From positions 1 to 33,175 of the IMG/VR virus record IMGVR_UViG_3300032226_000317: a stretch of 33,175 bases of DNA, one strand, 5' to 3'. The notes beneath the pieces are model-generated. The model saw only the letters and a program-made list of their open reading frames with translations. It ran no database searches and had not been told where the DNA came from. The position numbers and the translations under genes were made by a program. Positions 7,696 through 16,134 of this stretch are shown in pieces; the first letter of the stretch is position 1; the number at the start of each line of letters is the position of its first letter. This DNA comes from a virus (lineage: Duplodnaviria > Caudoviricetes).

Positions 7696-8252
7696 CTTGT
7701 TATATGTAAATTTTTAGATAGTGGGCGAATCTTGTAGTACACCCCATCGCGTGTACGGCTATCGCGCATGCCCTGGTCATTGGTGTTACCTTCAATAGTG
7801 CGCACCGAATACTTAGCCACCTTGTCAACTATGCCAGTGTGCCCAATCCCCTTATACCTTTTACCGCGAAAGCTGTTGTAACTTAGTGTCATCACTAGCG
7901 CATCGCTATCGCTAAATGATTTGACAAACTTACCATCCGTAAAGATGACATCGTTTTTATTGTACGCAGTAGGTGACCATCCAGTGATGGTGTGTGCTAT
8001 ACCGCACTCGTCGAGCATAGCCATAACAAAGAAGCTGCACCATGCATAGCCGGGCTTCCAACCTTGTTGCTTCATAAGCACAAGCAGAGCCTTGTCATTA
8101 AAGCCCATGTTGTTGCCACCCTTTTCTCTTACACCTACAAATGACGCTGCAGTTGCCCTTACGCAGTAACCGTCATCAGCATGTGTAAGATATACAGGTA
8201 TGCAGCAAAGTAGAACGCATATAAAAGTAGGTATAAGACAACCTTTTGCCAT
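7677..8252 (-). CDS. CHAP-domain endolysin with N-terminal signal sequence
   Basis: FVGVREKGGNN, AWCSFFV (catalytic Cys), GHTGIV (catalytic His) and TIEGNT. Confidence 0.85.
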   Translation of the reverse strand: MAKGCLIPTFICVLLCCIPVYLTHADDGYCVRATAASFVGVREKGGNNMGFNDKALLVLMKQQGWKPGYAWCSFFVMAMLDECGIAHTITGWSPTAYNKNDVIFTDGKFVKSFSDSDALVMTLSYNSFRGKRYKGIGHTGIVDKVAKYSVRTIEGNTNDQGMRDSRTRDGVYYKIRPLSKNLHITRWKKTN

Positions 8253-8569
8253 GTGGTTAGATAGGTGTTTATTTCATACTTAACTTCTTTGTTGTATATC
8301 TCCCGTTGCAATGCCCGAAAATTGAATCTAATGCCCAAAAAAACGACGAAATTGGCAAAGACCATAACAAGTGCAGCAAGTATAACAAATTGAATATACT
8401 CCGTACTTATTATGGCATCATTAAAGTAGGCAACGGATACGGTGCCCGATATGCCAAAGATTAAAAACGCAAGTGGTATAGACCACAATCCATCTATCAA
8501 CTGCAGCTTGTAGCGCAGTGATTTGAAAGTGTTACTTTTTGGCTGTGGTTGTTCCTTCTTGTTTGCCAT
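8159..8569 (-). CDS. putative holin (3 TM helices)
   Basis: Three hydrophobic segments; immediately upstream of and overlapping the endolysin. Confidence 0.55.
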   Translation of the reverse strand: MANKKEQPQPKSNTFKSLRYKLQLIDGLWSIPLAFLIFGISGTVSVAYFNDAIISTEYIQFVILAALVMVFANFVVFLGIRFNFRALQREIYNKEVKYEINTYLTTWQKVVLYLLLYAFYFAAYLYILHMLMTVTA

Positions 8570-8654
8570 TGGCTCTTAGTTTTAATGATAGTTCACGCTC
8601 ATACTTGCGCAAGCGTTCGGTGTAATCTTGTTTCAATTTCTTTTTTTCACTCAT
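8532..8654 (-). CDS. 40-aa basic peptide (not in ORF track)
   Basis: MSEKKKLKQDYTERLRKYERELSLKLRANGKQEGTTTAKK; ATGA overlap with the connector gene. Confidence 0.55.
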   Translation of the reverse strand: MSEKKKLKQDYTERLRKYERELSLKLRANGKQEGTTTAKK

Positions 8655-9220
8655 GGTATTCTGTTAATGATATTACGTGAGTAAGTAGGGTTGAATGAAG
8701 TTGCCGTGTTGCCCGTGCTGAATTGGTAGTTGAGTACATTGGTCACGTCCGTGCGAGGTGAGCGGTCAGGCCACGTGGCTGTGCTATATTCAGGAAACAA
8801 ACTGCTGTTCGCACATAGATAATCGACAAGCAAAGTGGTGTAGTGCTGTGCGTTTTGCCTTGCACGATCTATCATATCCTTCATAACCACATCCGATACC
8901 GGCACGGTGTCTTCAGACTGGCGTTGCACCAGCGTGCCATTGTCCATTCGGTAGCAAAGATTCGGTGTAACATCCACCATAACCCACCACAGGAGCATCT
9001 TTTGAATGTAATCCTCAAGTAATACTTGATAGTTGCCCGCGATTGTGTTAGCGGCTACATCGGCTTTAATCTTATTGAGCAAATCAGTTCCCAAAAAGGG
9101 AAGTAACCACTTGTCCTGTGCTAAATAGATTGAAGGGTACAACAGGTTAGGGTCAACACTGCCGTTCACCGTGCTATACTTCTTGATATAATTTTCTGAT
9201 ATTAGTAATACTTCTGGCAT
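8651..9220 (-). CDS. head-tail connector/adaptor
   Basis: Follows the portal. VLLISENYIKKYS-x-V-N-G-S-V-D...AQD...LGTDL resembles Bacteroidota phage adaptors. Confidence 0.6.
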   Translation of the reverse strand: MPEVLLISENYIKKYSTVNGSVDPNLLYPSIYLAQDKWLLPFLGTDLLNKIKADVAANTIAGNYQVLLEDYIQKMLLWWVMVDVTPNLCYRMDNGTLVQRQSEDTVPVSDVVMKDMIDRARQNAQHYTTLLVDYLCANSSLFPEYSTATWPDRSPRTDVTNVLNYQFSTGNTATSFNPTYSRNIINRIP

Positions 9221-9228
9221 AGTTGTAA

Positions 9229-11157
9229 TTATTGATTTCCGTAAATAGGGTTGGTTGGTAAAAAGCCGTTATAAGGCATGTCTTCAGGTAGCTTTGCCAC
9301 TAATGAATTGTTGCGCACCTTATACCCCATGCGTTCGGCAAGTGATACAGCAATTCGCTTTGCGTCAGGGTCGTTAGGATTAATCTTTGCGCCCGTTGCA
9401 TCAACATATACACGCTTCTCCCAAAAGTGGCGACAGTTACCACCGCCTTTGTAAAACCAAATATCGTAAGTGTTTGCACCTTCAGGGCCCCAACCCGGAT
9501 TGACCGCTACATTCTCCATTGACACAATATCCTCTTTGCGATATAGCTTACCCGCTTCAATCATTTTCTTGCAGAATGGACGCATATTATCATGCGTAAA
9601 GCTGCCTGCATAAACATAACGAGTAATGAAATACTTACCATCGATAATGGCATCCTGCTCACTCTTAGCAGCTGGTCTTGCTGCACCTGTGCGCACTGCA
9701 AACTCGTGTTCAATTTCCTCATCTGCATTATAGCTGTCTATTAATATCCATTCCTCTTTCCAATCTTCACCAAGTGCAATAAGCGCATCGCCTACGGTGC
9801 TATCATCTTTTTTTTTTTCGTCACTCATAATGACCTCTTGTGGTTGCAAAGAACCTGCGATAACATCAGCAAAGATTGCATCAACCGTTGCAGGTGGCAA
9901 TGTTGGGAACGCCGCCCCCACAATCGCCTTAGCACTGCTAACAGGTACTGCACCCGCACTACTTTGCATTACGATGTCAACAAGCGAAGCTATCTGCGCA
10001 TCATTTAAGGCCGTTGCAGCAACATCGGCTGTTGTGCCGCCCGTAGCATCGGAAACAACTTCAGCCTGTTCAACCGCAAGTGGTGTGTTTGGTATAATCT
10101 CAAACGTGACACCAGGCAATTGATTGCTTAATAGTTCCTCGATGCTAGTGTTTATCTTGTCTTGATACGGCTCAATGACTTGCTTGTTGAATATCTCCAA
10201 GCCCGTAGCCATTTCGTCTTTGTTGCTACCGAAGCCTGATGTTTCGCGAATACCAAACAGCAATGGCGTAGTCACGCGGTGCGCTGTAATAATCTTTTGA
10301 GTTGCGGTTGTATCCATTAATTGATACTGCTTATCCGCATCGTTTACAGGAAATGGTGTAATCTCAGTCTTGGGTTGATCGCGTTCGTTAAAGAACATCA
10401 CAACCTTTCCTGCATTACGCGCACCGCTCATCTTGTTTTCCCAATCCATCATCATTTGTTGCTTCTGCTCAGGCGTTGCTTGGCCATTGTAGAAGTTAAT
10501 GATAGTAGAAGGGAATAAACCGTTTGAAATTTGGTTGATATGGAATATAGAAATCTGCTTATCTAACTCGATGTAGTTGATAGCAGACCAATAATCGGGA
10601 CGAGGGTAGGTGTCGCTGCCTGTATAAGTAAAACACCAGTAGATTTGTCGTGGCTCTTGCTCACGTGTTAGGTAGTTGTACTTTGGAATGAACTCGGGCG
10701 TGTTTTTTTTCTTGCGTGTATTCGCCCAATCGTAGCTGTGAAAGATTCCTATTTCGCTATCGTCATCTTGATTCACAGCAATGCGGCACTCTTCGAATGG
10801 TATCGCGTTTAGCTTTGATATAACCGTGCGGTCATTACTCCAAATCACTTCAATAAAAAACCCGCCAAACAACTTTAAGTCGTGCGCACACGCATACGTC
10901 AAAGTGTTTATGTCGAGTGCATCAAGTTCCGCTTGATATTGTTCCGATTCAATACCCTTTCCGGCTATCATGTCACCAATGGCAACAACGAGTGAACCAT
11001 GCACTGGAGATTCGTGAGCAAGGTCACGTAGGTATTGTGGAAAATCGTTTTGGTCACCGTAGTTTACCCAACCTTTACGGTCAACTTTCTCGGCATCGCT
11101 CTTAGCAACGTACTCGCTAAGCTTCAATGATACTATATTGGATTCGTTATGGTTCAT
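9229..11157 (-). CDS. portal protein with C-terminal MuF/head-morphogenesis-like extension
   Basis: WVNYGDQNDFP, SPVHG, YPRPDY, SGARNAGK and ITAHRVTTPLLFG portal motifs; C-terminal RPFC...YKGGGNCRHFW domain. Confidence 0.85.
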   Translation of the reverse strand: MNHNESNIVSLKLSEYVAKSDAEKVDRKGWVNYGDQNDFPQYLRDLAHESPVHGSLVVAIGDMIAGKGIESEQYQAELDALDINTLTYACAHDLKLFGGFFIEVIWSNDRTVISKLNAIPFEECRIAVNQDDDSEIGIFHSYDWANTRKKKNTPEFIPKYNYLTREQEPRQIYWCFTYTGSDTYPRPDYWSAINYIELDKQISIFHINQISNGLFPSTIINFYNGQATPEQKQQMMMDWENKMSGARNAGKVVMFFNERDQPKTEITPFPVNDADKQYQLMDTTATQKIITAHRVTTPLLFGIRETSGFGSNKDEMATGLEIFNKQVIEPYQDKINTSIEELLSNQLPGVTFEIIPNTPLAVEQAEVVSDATGGTTADVAATALNDAQIASLVDIVMQSSAGAVPVSSAKAIVGAAFPTLPPATVDAIFADVIAGSLQPQEVIMSDEKKKDDSTVGDALIALGEDWKEEWILIDSYNADEEIEHEFAVRTGAARPAAKSEQDAIIDGKYFITRYVYAGSFTHDNMRPFCKKMIEAGKLYRKEDIVSMENVAVNPGWGPEGANTYDIWFYKGGGNCRHFWEKRVYVDATGAKINPNDPDAKRIAVSLAERMGYKVRNNSLVAKLPEDMPYNGFLPTNPIYGNQ

Positions 11158-11536
11158 ATATGATGTCATTTGATATTGTTACAACAGGCACATCAAACCA
11201 AGTGGTGTTCTGATTCAATACAGCATATCCACGCTGACACAAACCAATGACAAGACCGCTTGCCGGATCAATATTGCTATTAGAATTCTGTCCATATACT
11301 TCATACCTGTAACGCCCAGCTAATGTAAGGCCAACCGTTGTAATTTCAAGTTCCGTAATTCTTGTATTCTCGGCAATAATGGTTGCAACCTGTGCAAGTT
11401 GATTGCCTGTTGTGCTGTTTTCTTCGTGTGTCAACACTAACAAATAGTTAGTGAATGGTGTGGCAAAGTATTGCCGTGCTTCGTCAAGTGATAAAAACAC
11501 TTGTTGTGTTGGTGTGTTAGTCTGTAGATATATCAT
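11147..11536 (-). CDS. hypothetical virion protein
   Basis: Between tail tube and portal genes; beta-rich, with G-R-Y-R-Y-E-V-Y-G-Q. Confidence 0.6.
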   Translation of the reverse strand: MIYLQTNTPTQQVFLSLDEARQYFATPFTNYLLVLTHEENSTTGNQLAQVATIIAENTRITELEITTVGLTLAGRYRYEVYGQNSNSNIDPASGLVIGLCQRGYAVLNQNTTWFDVPVVTISNDIIYEP

Positions 11537-11548
11537 GATACTTTATTT

Positions 11549-11579
11549 AAAAAGGGGCAAGTGTAAACTCGCCCCTTTT
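11549..11579 (-). terminator. intrinsic terminator after the tail tube gene
   Basis: GGGGCGAG-TTTACA-CTTGCCCC-TTTTT on the - strand. Confidence 0.8.
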
Positions 11580-11611
11580 ACGATACAACAAGAACACAAC
11601 GGAAAACGCTC

Positions 11612-12154
11612 TTAGTAAGCAGGGCTTACAGTAATACTTGCAAAGTTGTCAAAAGGTACTGTTGTGAATGGCTCAAGGTGGATTGCAGGAACAAGTTCTT
11701 CTGCAACCGTAGTAACTTGATAACCCATCAAATCTGCTTTCTGCTGTCCCGATTGAACGGTACCTGCAGTAAGCTGTGAACCTTCACCGGAACCAATCAT
11801 TAAGATTTGGTCATCGTTGGTACGTACAAACACAATCATTTTAGCTTTTGCAACGTTCAAGAACTCGTTGCGCATATCTTGGTTCAACTTACCAAAAGTC
11901 CATCCAACTTCCTGTGAGAAATACAATGTACCTGTTTCCAAGTTTTTGTTTACGGTCTCGATGTATGAACCGCTGTTGCGGAATGGAACGTAACGATATA
12001 GAGTTGCAGTAGGCAATCCATCAACTTCACCTGTTACAGCATCGAAAGTGATGCCCGATGTGAAGTCATCAAAGTTAGCAATAAGTACTTCGCGTACACC
12101 TCCGATACCTTCGAGGCACCCGAGAGTAAAACCAGTTGTTAATTCACAAGCCAT
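11612..12154 (-). CDS. major tail (tube) protein
   Basis: The MAC-x-L-T-x-G-x-x-L-x-C-x-x-x-x-G-G N-terminus is typical of Bacteroidota siphophage tube proteins; follows the capsid gene. Confidence 0.7.
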   Translation of the reverse strand: MACELTTGFTLGCLEGIGGVREVLIANFDDFTSGITFDAVTGEVDGLPTATLYRYVPFRNSGSYIETVNKNLETGTLYFSQEVGWTFGKLNQDMRNEFLNVAKAKMIVFVRTNDDQILMIGSGEGSQLTAGTVQSGQQKADLMGYQVTTVAEELVPAIHLEPFTTVPFDNFASITVSPAY

Positions 12155-12169
12155 TTTTTTTATAGTTTT

Positions 12170-12192
12170 AAAAGGGGGCTGTTACACCCCCG
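12170..12192 (-). terminator. hairpin / partial terminator between capsid and tail tube genes
   Basis: GGGGG-TGTAACAG-CCCCC-TTTT on the - strand. Confidence 0.55.
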
Positions 12193-12207
12193 TTATTATT
12201 TTAAAGA

Positions 12208-13104
12208 TTATGCTCCCCAATATGTGATGTCCTCACCTACTGCGATCTGTGCGCCCAAGTAGAAACGTGCGCCGTAACGAACGTTCTGTGAACCATCCAA
12301 GTTCTGCATGTCCAAGATGAACACTTCGTTCATTTGGTTCTCCTGCCATGTACCCAACATCAAGTTTGATGGTTGAGCAAAGATGATATTGTTAGCAGTC
12401 ATACCCGGACAAACGTAGATGTCGTACATACCTACGAAACGACGATTTACTTCTGGTCCACCTGTCAAGTACCAACCGTTGCCAGCAGCAATCTGTGCTT
12501 CCATGTAAGCTTCCCATGCAGCCTGTCCCATGTACAATGCAGGCTTTTCAGCAGCACCTTTCACAGCAGCGTTGGTAGTGTTGATAATGTCCCAAATAGT
12601 AGCAATGATGTTAGCAGCAGTCAACGAGCCTGAACCCGCAGATACAGCACCTGAACCAGCTGCCTTAATCAAAGTTTCGAAACCATCGTACTGACCAGCT
12701 GTTGCGTTAACACCGCCCCACATGATAGTCTCGTTAGCAGCAGCAATACCACCAACCAAACGGCCAATGATAGCGTCTTGGATTTGTGTGTTTACACGTC
12801 CGCTCATTACGTCAGCGGTTGTCCAGTCAATGAAGAAATCCTTCTTACAGATTTGGCGTTGAACTTGGAACTCTTCCAAGGTCAAAATTCGCTCGGTCAA
12901 AGTGATTGTACCTGTTGGGGTAAAGTCACATGTACCTGCAGCGAAAGTTACAGTGTCATCAATTTTACGTACCACTGATTTGTAAGGTACGTTAGGCTTC
13001 ATTGTTACGTACTGTGCAGATACGTTTTGCAACAAAGCCTTTGCTACGATTTCACCAGCTAATTCACCTGCATAGGTGGTGGTGAGTGAAGTTGTTGTTG
13101 GCAT
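12208..13104 (-). CDS. major capsid protein
   Basis: 298 aa, downstream of the scaffold. TYAGELAG, CDFTPTGTITLTERIL, YDGFETL and DGSQNVRY resemble Bacteroidota HK97-fold capsids. Confidence 0.85.
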   Translation of the reverse strand: MPTTTSLTTTYAGELAGEIVAKALLQNVSAQYVTMKPNVPYKSVVRKIDDTVTFAAGTCDFTPTGTITLTERILTLEEFQVQRQICKKDFFIDWTTADVMSGRVNTQIQDAIIGRLVGGIAAANETIMWGGVNATAGQYDGFETLIKAAGSGAVSAGSGSLTAANIIATIWDIINTTNAAVKGAAEKPALYMGQAAWEAYMEAQIAAGNGWYLTGGPEVNRRFVGMYDIYVCPGMTANNIIFAQPSNLMLGTWQENQMNEVFILDMQNLDGSQNVRYGARFYLGAQIAVGEDITYWGA

Positions 13105-13128
13105 ACTAATTTTAAATTATGAGGTGAA

Positions 13129-13737
13129 TTAATTTACTTTTTTGGAACGAATACTTTCCATGAAGTCGGCGAATGAGTTACCATTCGATGCAACCACAGG
13201 TTGAGCATTCTTTTTAAATTCTTGTGACTTAACGCTAGGAACGGCAGGGGCTTTCTTAACTTTTGCAAGTTCAGCCTTTACAACCTCCGCATCCTTTTTA
13301 GCAGATTCAACCGCTGCAGCAAGCTCGGTCTTTTCAGTTTCAAGTGCAGCAATACGCTCAGATAGTTGACCGATTACAGCAACCAGGTCTTCGCTGCTCA
13401 TTTCGGTTGATTGTTCAGCACGTTCGATTTCAGACACCATACCATCTTCGCCTACGTAGACTGTGGTAACGCCATCTTCGAGCAAGTATTCGCCCGCAGG
13501 TACAGGTACTGGGTTGCCCTCAGCATCTTGTGTGTAAATGTCTACACCTACTACCCACTCATCGGCGGTAGAATAGATTTTAGTACCATCGGCCAAAGTG
13601 CCTTCTACTGCAAACTTAACTTCCGTTGCCGGAGCTTCAGCCGCTGCAGTTTCCTCTTCGAACTTGATACCAACACTTGACGGGTCAATGCCGTATTTAT
13701 TGAATACGCTTTTGATTTGTTCTTTTATGTTTGACAT
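13129..13737 (-). CDS. capsid scaffolding protein
   Basis: Very acidic; GTLADGT...PVPAGEYLLEDG plus coiled coil; directly upstream of the capsid gene; ATG at 13737 preferred. Confidence 0.7.
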   Translation of the reverse strand: MSNIKEQIKSVFNKYGIDPSSVGIKFEEETAAAEAPATEVKFAVEGTLADGTKIYSTADEWVVGVDIYTQDAEGNPVPVPAGEYLLEDGVTTVYVGEDGMVSEIERAEQSTEMSSEDLVAVIGQLSERIAALETEKTELAAAVESAKKDAEVVKAELAKVKKAPAVPSVKSQEFKKNAQPVVASNGNSFADFMESIRSKKVN

Positions 13738-13771
13738 GTTGGATGTTTGGATATAGTAGCAAAAACGATAT

Positions 13772-13803
13772 TTTGTTACATCCAAAAAACTTTCATATCT
13801 TAG
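13772..13803 (+). promoter_or_regulatory. Bacteroidota-type promoter for the RHH gene
   Basis: TTTG (13772-13775), 20-nt spacer, TATCTTAG (13796-13803). Confidence 0.55.
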
Positions 13804-13826
13804 CCATGTAAAAAATTACATACAAT

Positions 13827-13961
13827 ATGAAAACAACAACCGCCCCTATGCACCTAAAGATGAGCGTGCGTGTAAATGAAAAACAATATCAGTCAGTTGC
13901 GAAAGCTGCAAAAAAGCATAAGATGAGCATCGCCGAATATATTCGTGCGTGTATTTTGTAG
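13827..13961 (+). CDS. 44-aa ribbon-helix-helix DNA-binding protein (not in ORF track)
   Basis: MKTTTAPMHLKMSVRVNEKQYQSVAKAAKKHKMSIAEYIRACIL has an alternating beta strand (MSVRV), helix A, a turn and S-I-A-E-Y-I-R helix B. It has its own promoter and terminator. Confidence 0.75.
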   Translation: MKTTTAPMHLKMSVRVNEKQYQSVAKAAKKHKMSIAEYIRACIL

Positions 13962-13978
13962 TTATTGGTTTTGGTTTC

Positions 13979-14014
13979 AAAAAAAAGAAGGCCCTCGTTT
14001 GGGCCTTTCTTTTT
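13979..14014. terminator. bidirectional intrinsic terminator
   Basis: A-run, GAAGGCCC-TCGTTT-GGGCCTTTC, T-run; lies between the convergent RHH and subtilase genes. Confidence 0.85.
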
Positions 14015-14064
14015 AACACATACTTTAGATCACTTTTAAGCTTTTAACCGTAGCAAATATAGAA

Positions 14065-16134
14065 CTATTTTTTTATCTGCATACGCGCTACATTGTTTGA
14101 GCCATTACTATCGGGCACACCATTCACAGCTGTAATCGTAAGCACATAATCTGCAGGCAATGGAATGGATGGAGTAGTTGTATTGTACACACTTGATAAG
14201 GTTATGCTACGTCCAACATCAATTCTGTCGGCTCGGTTCCATGTACCTGTGAAGCTACCAACAAAACCATGCGTAACTTTTAGGCTAGTGATTCCAACTG
14301 TGCCGCGGTTATAAAACGTGTAACGTATACGCACGCGGTTAGCATCGAGCCATTCGTAACCATCGATCGTAACAGCTGCATCCAAACCTTCTGCGGGTGG
14401 ATTAAGCATTGTGATGGTTGTACCTGTGCTTATGGTGTTATCATTCTCATTGGTTTCTTTTATGACCATGTTAGGGTCGATAGTCAATGAGAATATTGAT
14501 GGCCCCGATTGGTTGTTTGGCAAGCCCATTGGTGCGGTCTTGGTCACTACCGTTTGTCCTGCAGGTATAGTCACATCACCAGTGTAGAAAATAAACTTAG
14601 TGGTATCGGGACGTGTGAAAGTTAGTTGCACGGTAGCAATCACATCCTTTGTTTGAGCCTTGTCAAGATGTACGCTGTAAGTTGCTGTGATGCTTGAGCC
14701 TTGCACAGCTGTTGCAGGTGTGCTTATTGTACCGAACAAATTGTATTCAGCAACGGGTACTGGTACAGGGTCGCCACCGTCCAAACTTTTTGCAATCGTC
14801 ACAGCGTTAAACATGCTCACCACACCATAACCAAGTTCAGCACTTTTGCCATTGGCATCGTATACATACCCTCCAGTCTTGCGACATGATTGGCGCAGTA
14901 CATCAATTACTTGTGATTCTGTTAGTGCAGGATTGGCAAGGATAACATTTGCCGCAGCCGCAGCCAATACAGGGCATGAACAAGACGTTCCGCTAAAATT
15001 GGTGTAATTGCTTGTCGCGTTATAACCACTTGCACCTGTGCGGTCTGTTGTTGGGCATGAAGTACCGGGAGCAGCTGCAAAAGTCTTAGGCCCGTAGTTG
15101 CTAAAATTAGCGCGAAGGTTTGACTGCGTAGAAGCACCAACCGCGTGAACCATTGGGTAGATTGCAGGCGCTTGTGAGAAGTTAGGATTGTTTTGATTGC
15201 CCGAACTTGCAAACGCAGGTATGCCCTTGCCATTACGACCAAATGTTTTAGCCGATGTCAAAGCGTTTTGGAATAGTGGGTATGATGTTGGGCCACCTCC
15301 ACCCCATGACATTGATATTGCAAGGCAGTTAGGATTCTCGATAGCCTTGTTTATTGCACGTGTAACTATAGTGTCCGATGTTCCAAAGCTACCACTTGAT
15401 GACGAGTTGTAACCGATATGCAAGAATTGCACTTTTAGTTTGTTGTTACCAAGTGAAGATACACCAATGTTGTTGTCGGTTGTTGCGCATATCAATCCGC
15501 TGCATGGTGTACCGTGCTTTTCATTCTCGCTAATGGGCCGAACATCGGCTGCATCGGTTACGCAGTTCCATGAAGTAGCACTAATGCGACCTTGTAAATC
15601 TTCGTGGTCTACATCGCATGCAATATCGAGCACAGCAACTTCACCATAGGCAGCACCATCAATCAAACTCCATGCTTCAGCCGCTTGCATGTTAGGCAAG
15701 TGCCATTGCCCCGCATAGGTATAACCATCTGCATCGGCTTGGTAGGTTTGTATGTAGTCAGGTTCTACGCTAGTGAATAGCTTTGAATTCATGAGCGAAG
15801 TATAGAACTCATCAAATGAACTGAAGGCAGGTACTTCAACAAACAGCGTGTTGGTTAAGTGAAATACTTCCGTAACCACAACGCGATTCTTTGACAAGTA
15901 TGCACGGGCTGCATCAAGGTTAGGTGCAACTAGGATAGCAAGACCTGTTGCAATTTGGTCTAGTGATCTATCTACTTCGTTAACCTGTGATACCTTCTTT
16001 GCATTCACCTGCACTGGCTCGTCGTCAGCAAATACAATGATGTTGAATGGCTCATGCACTGCAACGACATTAGCCTTTGTTTTGTTCTTGTCAAAAGACT
16101 CACGGTCTTTGAATTTAACGCTGTTTATTTTCAT
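14065..16134 (-). CDS. S8 subtilisin-family serine protease with C-terminal CARDB/Ig-like domains
   Basis: Triad VAVLD / HGTPCSG / FSGTSCSCP, oxyanion ASSGN, prodomain end VEPDY, LGYG, and CARDB-like IDPNMVIKETNENDN. Confidence 0.9.
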   Translation of the reverse strand: MKINSVKFKDRESFDKNKTKANVVAVHEPFNIIVFADDEPVQVNAKKVSQVNEVDRSLDQIATGLAILVAPNLDAARAYLSKNRVVVTEVFHLTNTLFVEVPAFSSFDEFYTSLMNSKLFTSVEPDYIQTYQADADGYTYAGQWHLPNMQAAEAWSLIDGAAYGEVAVLDIACDVDHEDLQGRISATSWNCVTDAADVRPISENEKHGTPCSGLICATTDNNIGVSSLGNNKLKVQFLHIGYNSSSSGSFGTSDTIVTRAINKAIENPNCLAISMSWGGGGPTSYPLFQNALTSAKTFGRNGKGIPAFASSGNQNNPNFSQAPAIYPMVHAVGASTQSNLRANFSNYGPKTFAAAPGTSCPTTDRTGASGYNATSNYTNFSGTSCSCPVLAAAAANVILANPALTESQVIDVLRQSCRKTGGYVYDANGKSAELGYGVVSMFNAVTIAKSLDGGDPVPVPVAEYNLFGTISTPATAVQGSSITATYSVHLDKAQTKDVIATVQLTFTRPDTTKFIFYTGDVTIPAGQTVVTKTAPMGLPNNQSGPSIFSLTIDPNMVIKETNENDNTISTGTTITMLNPPAEGLDAAVTIDGYEWLDANRVRIRYTFYNRGTVGITSLKVTHGFVGSFTGTWNRADRIDVGRSITLSSVYNTTTPSIPLPADYVLTITAVNGVPDSNGSNNVARMQIKK

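Noticed and set aside
10703-10710. A8 run in the portal core
   Set aside because: It lies within the conserved domain (RKKKN), so slippage would destroy the protein. It also shows such runs can arise by chance.
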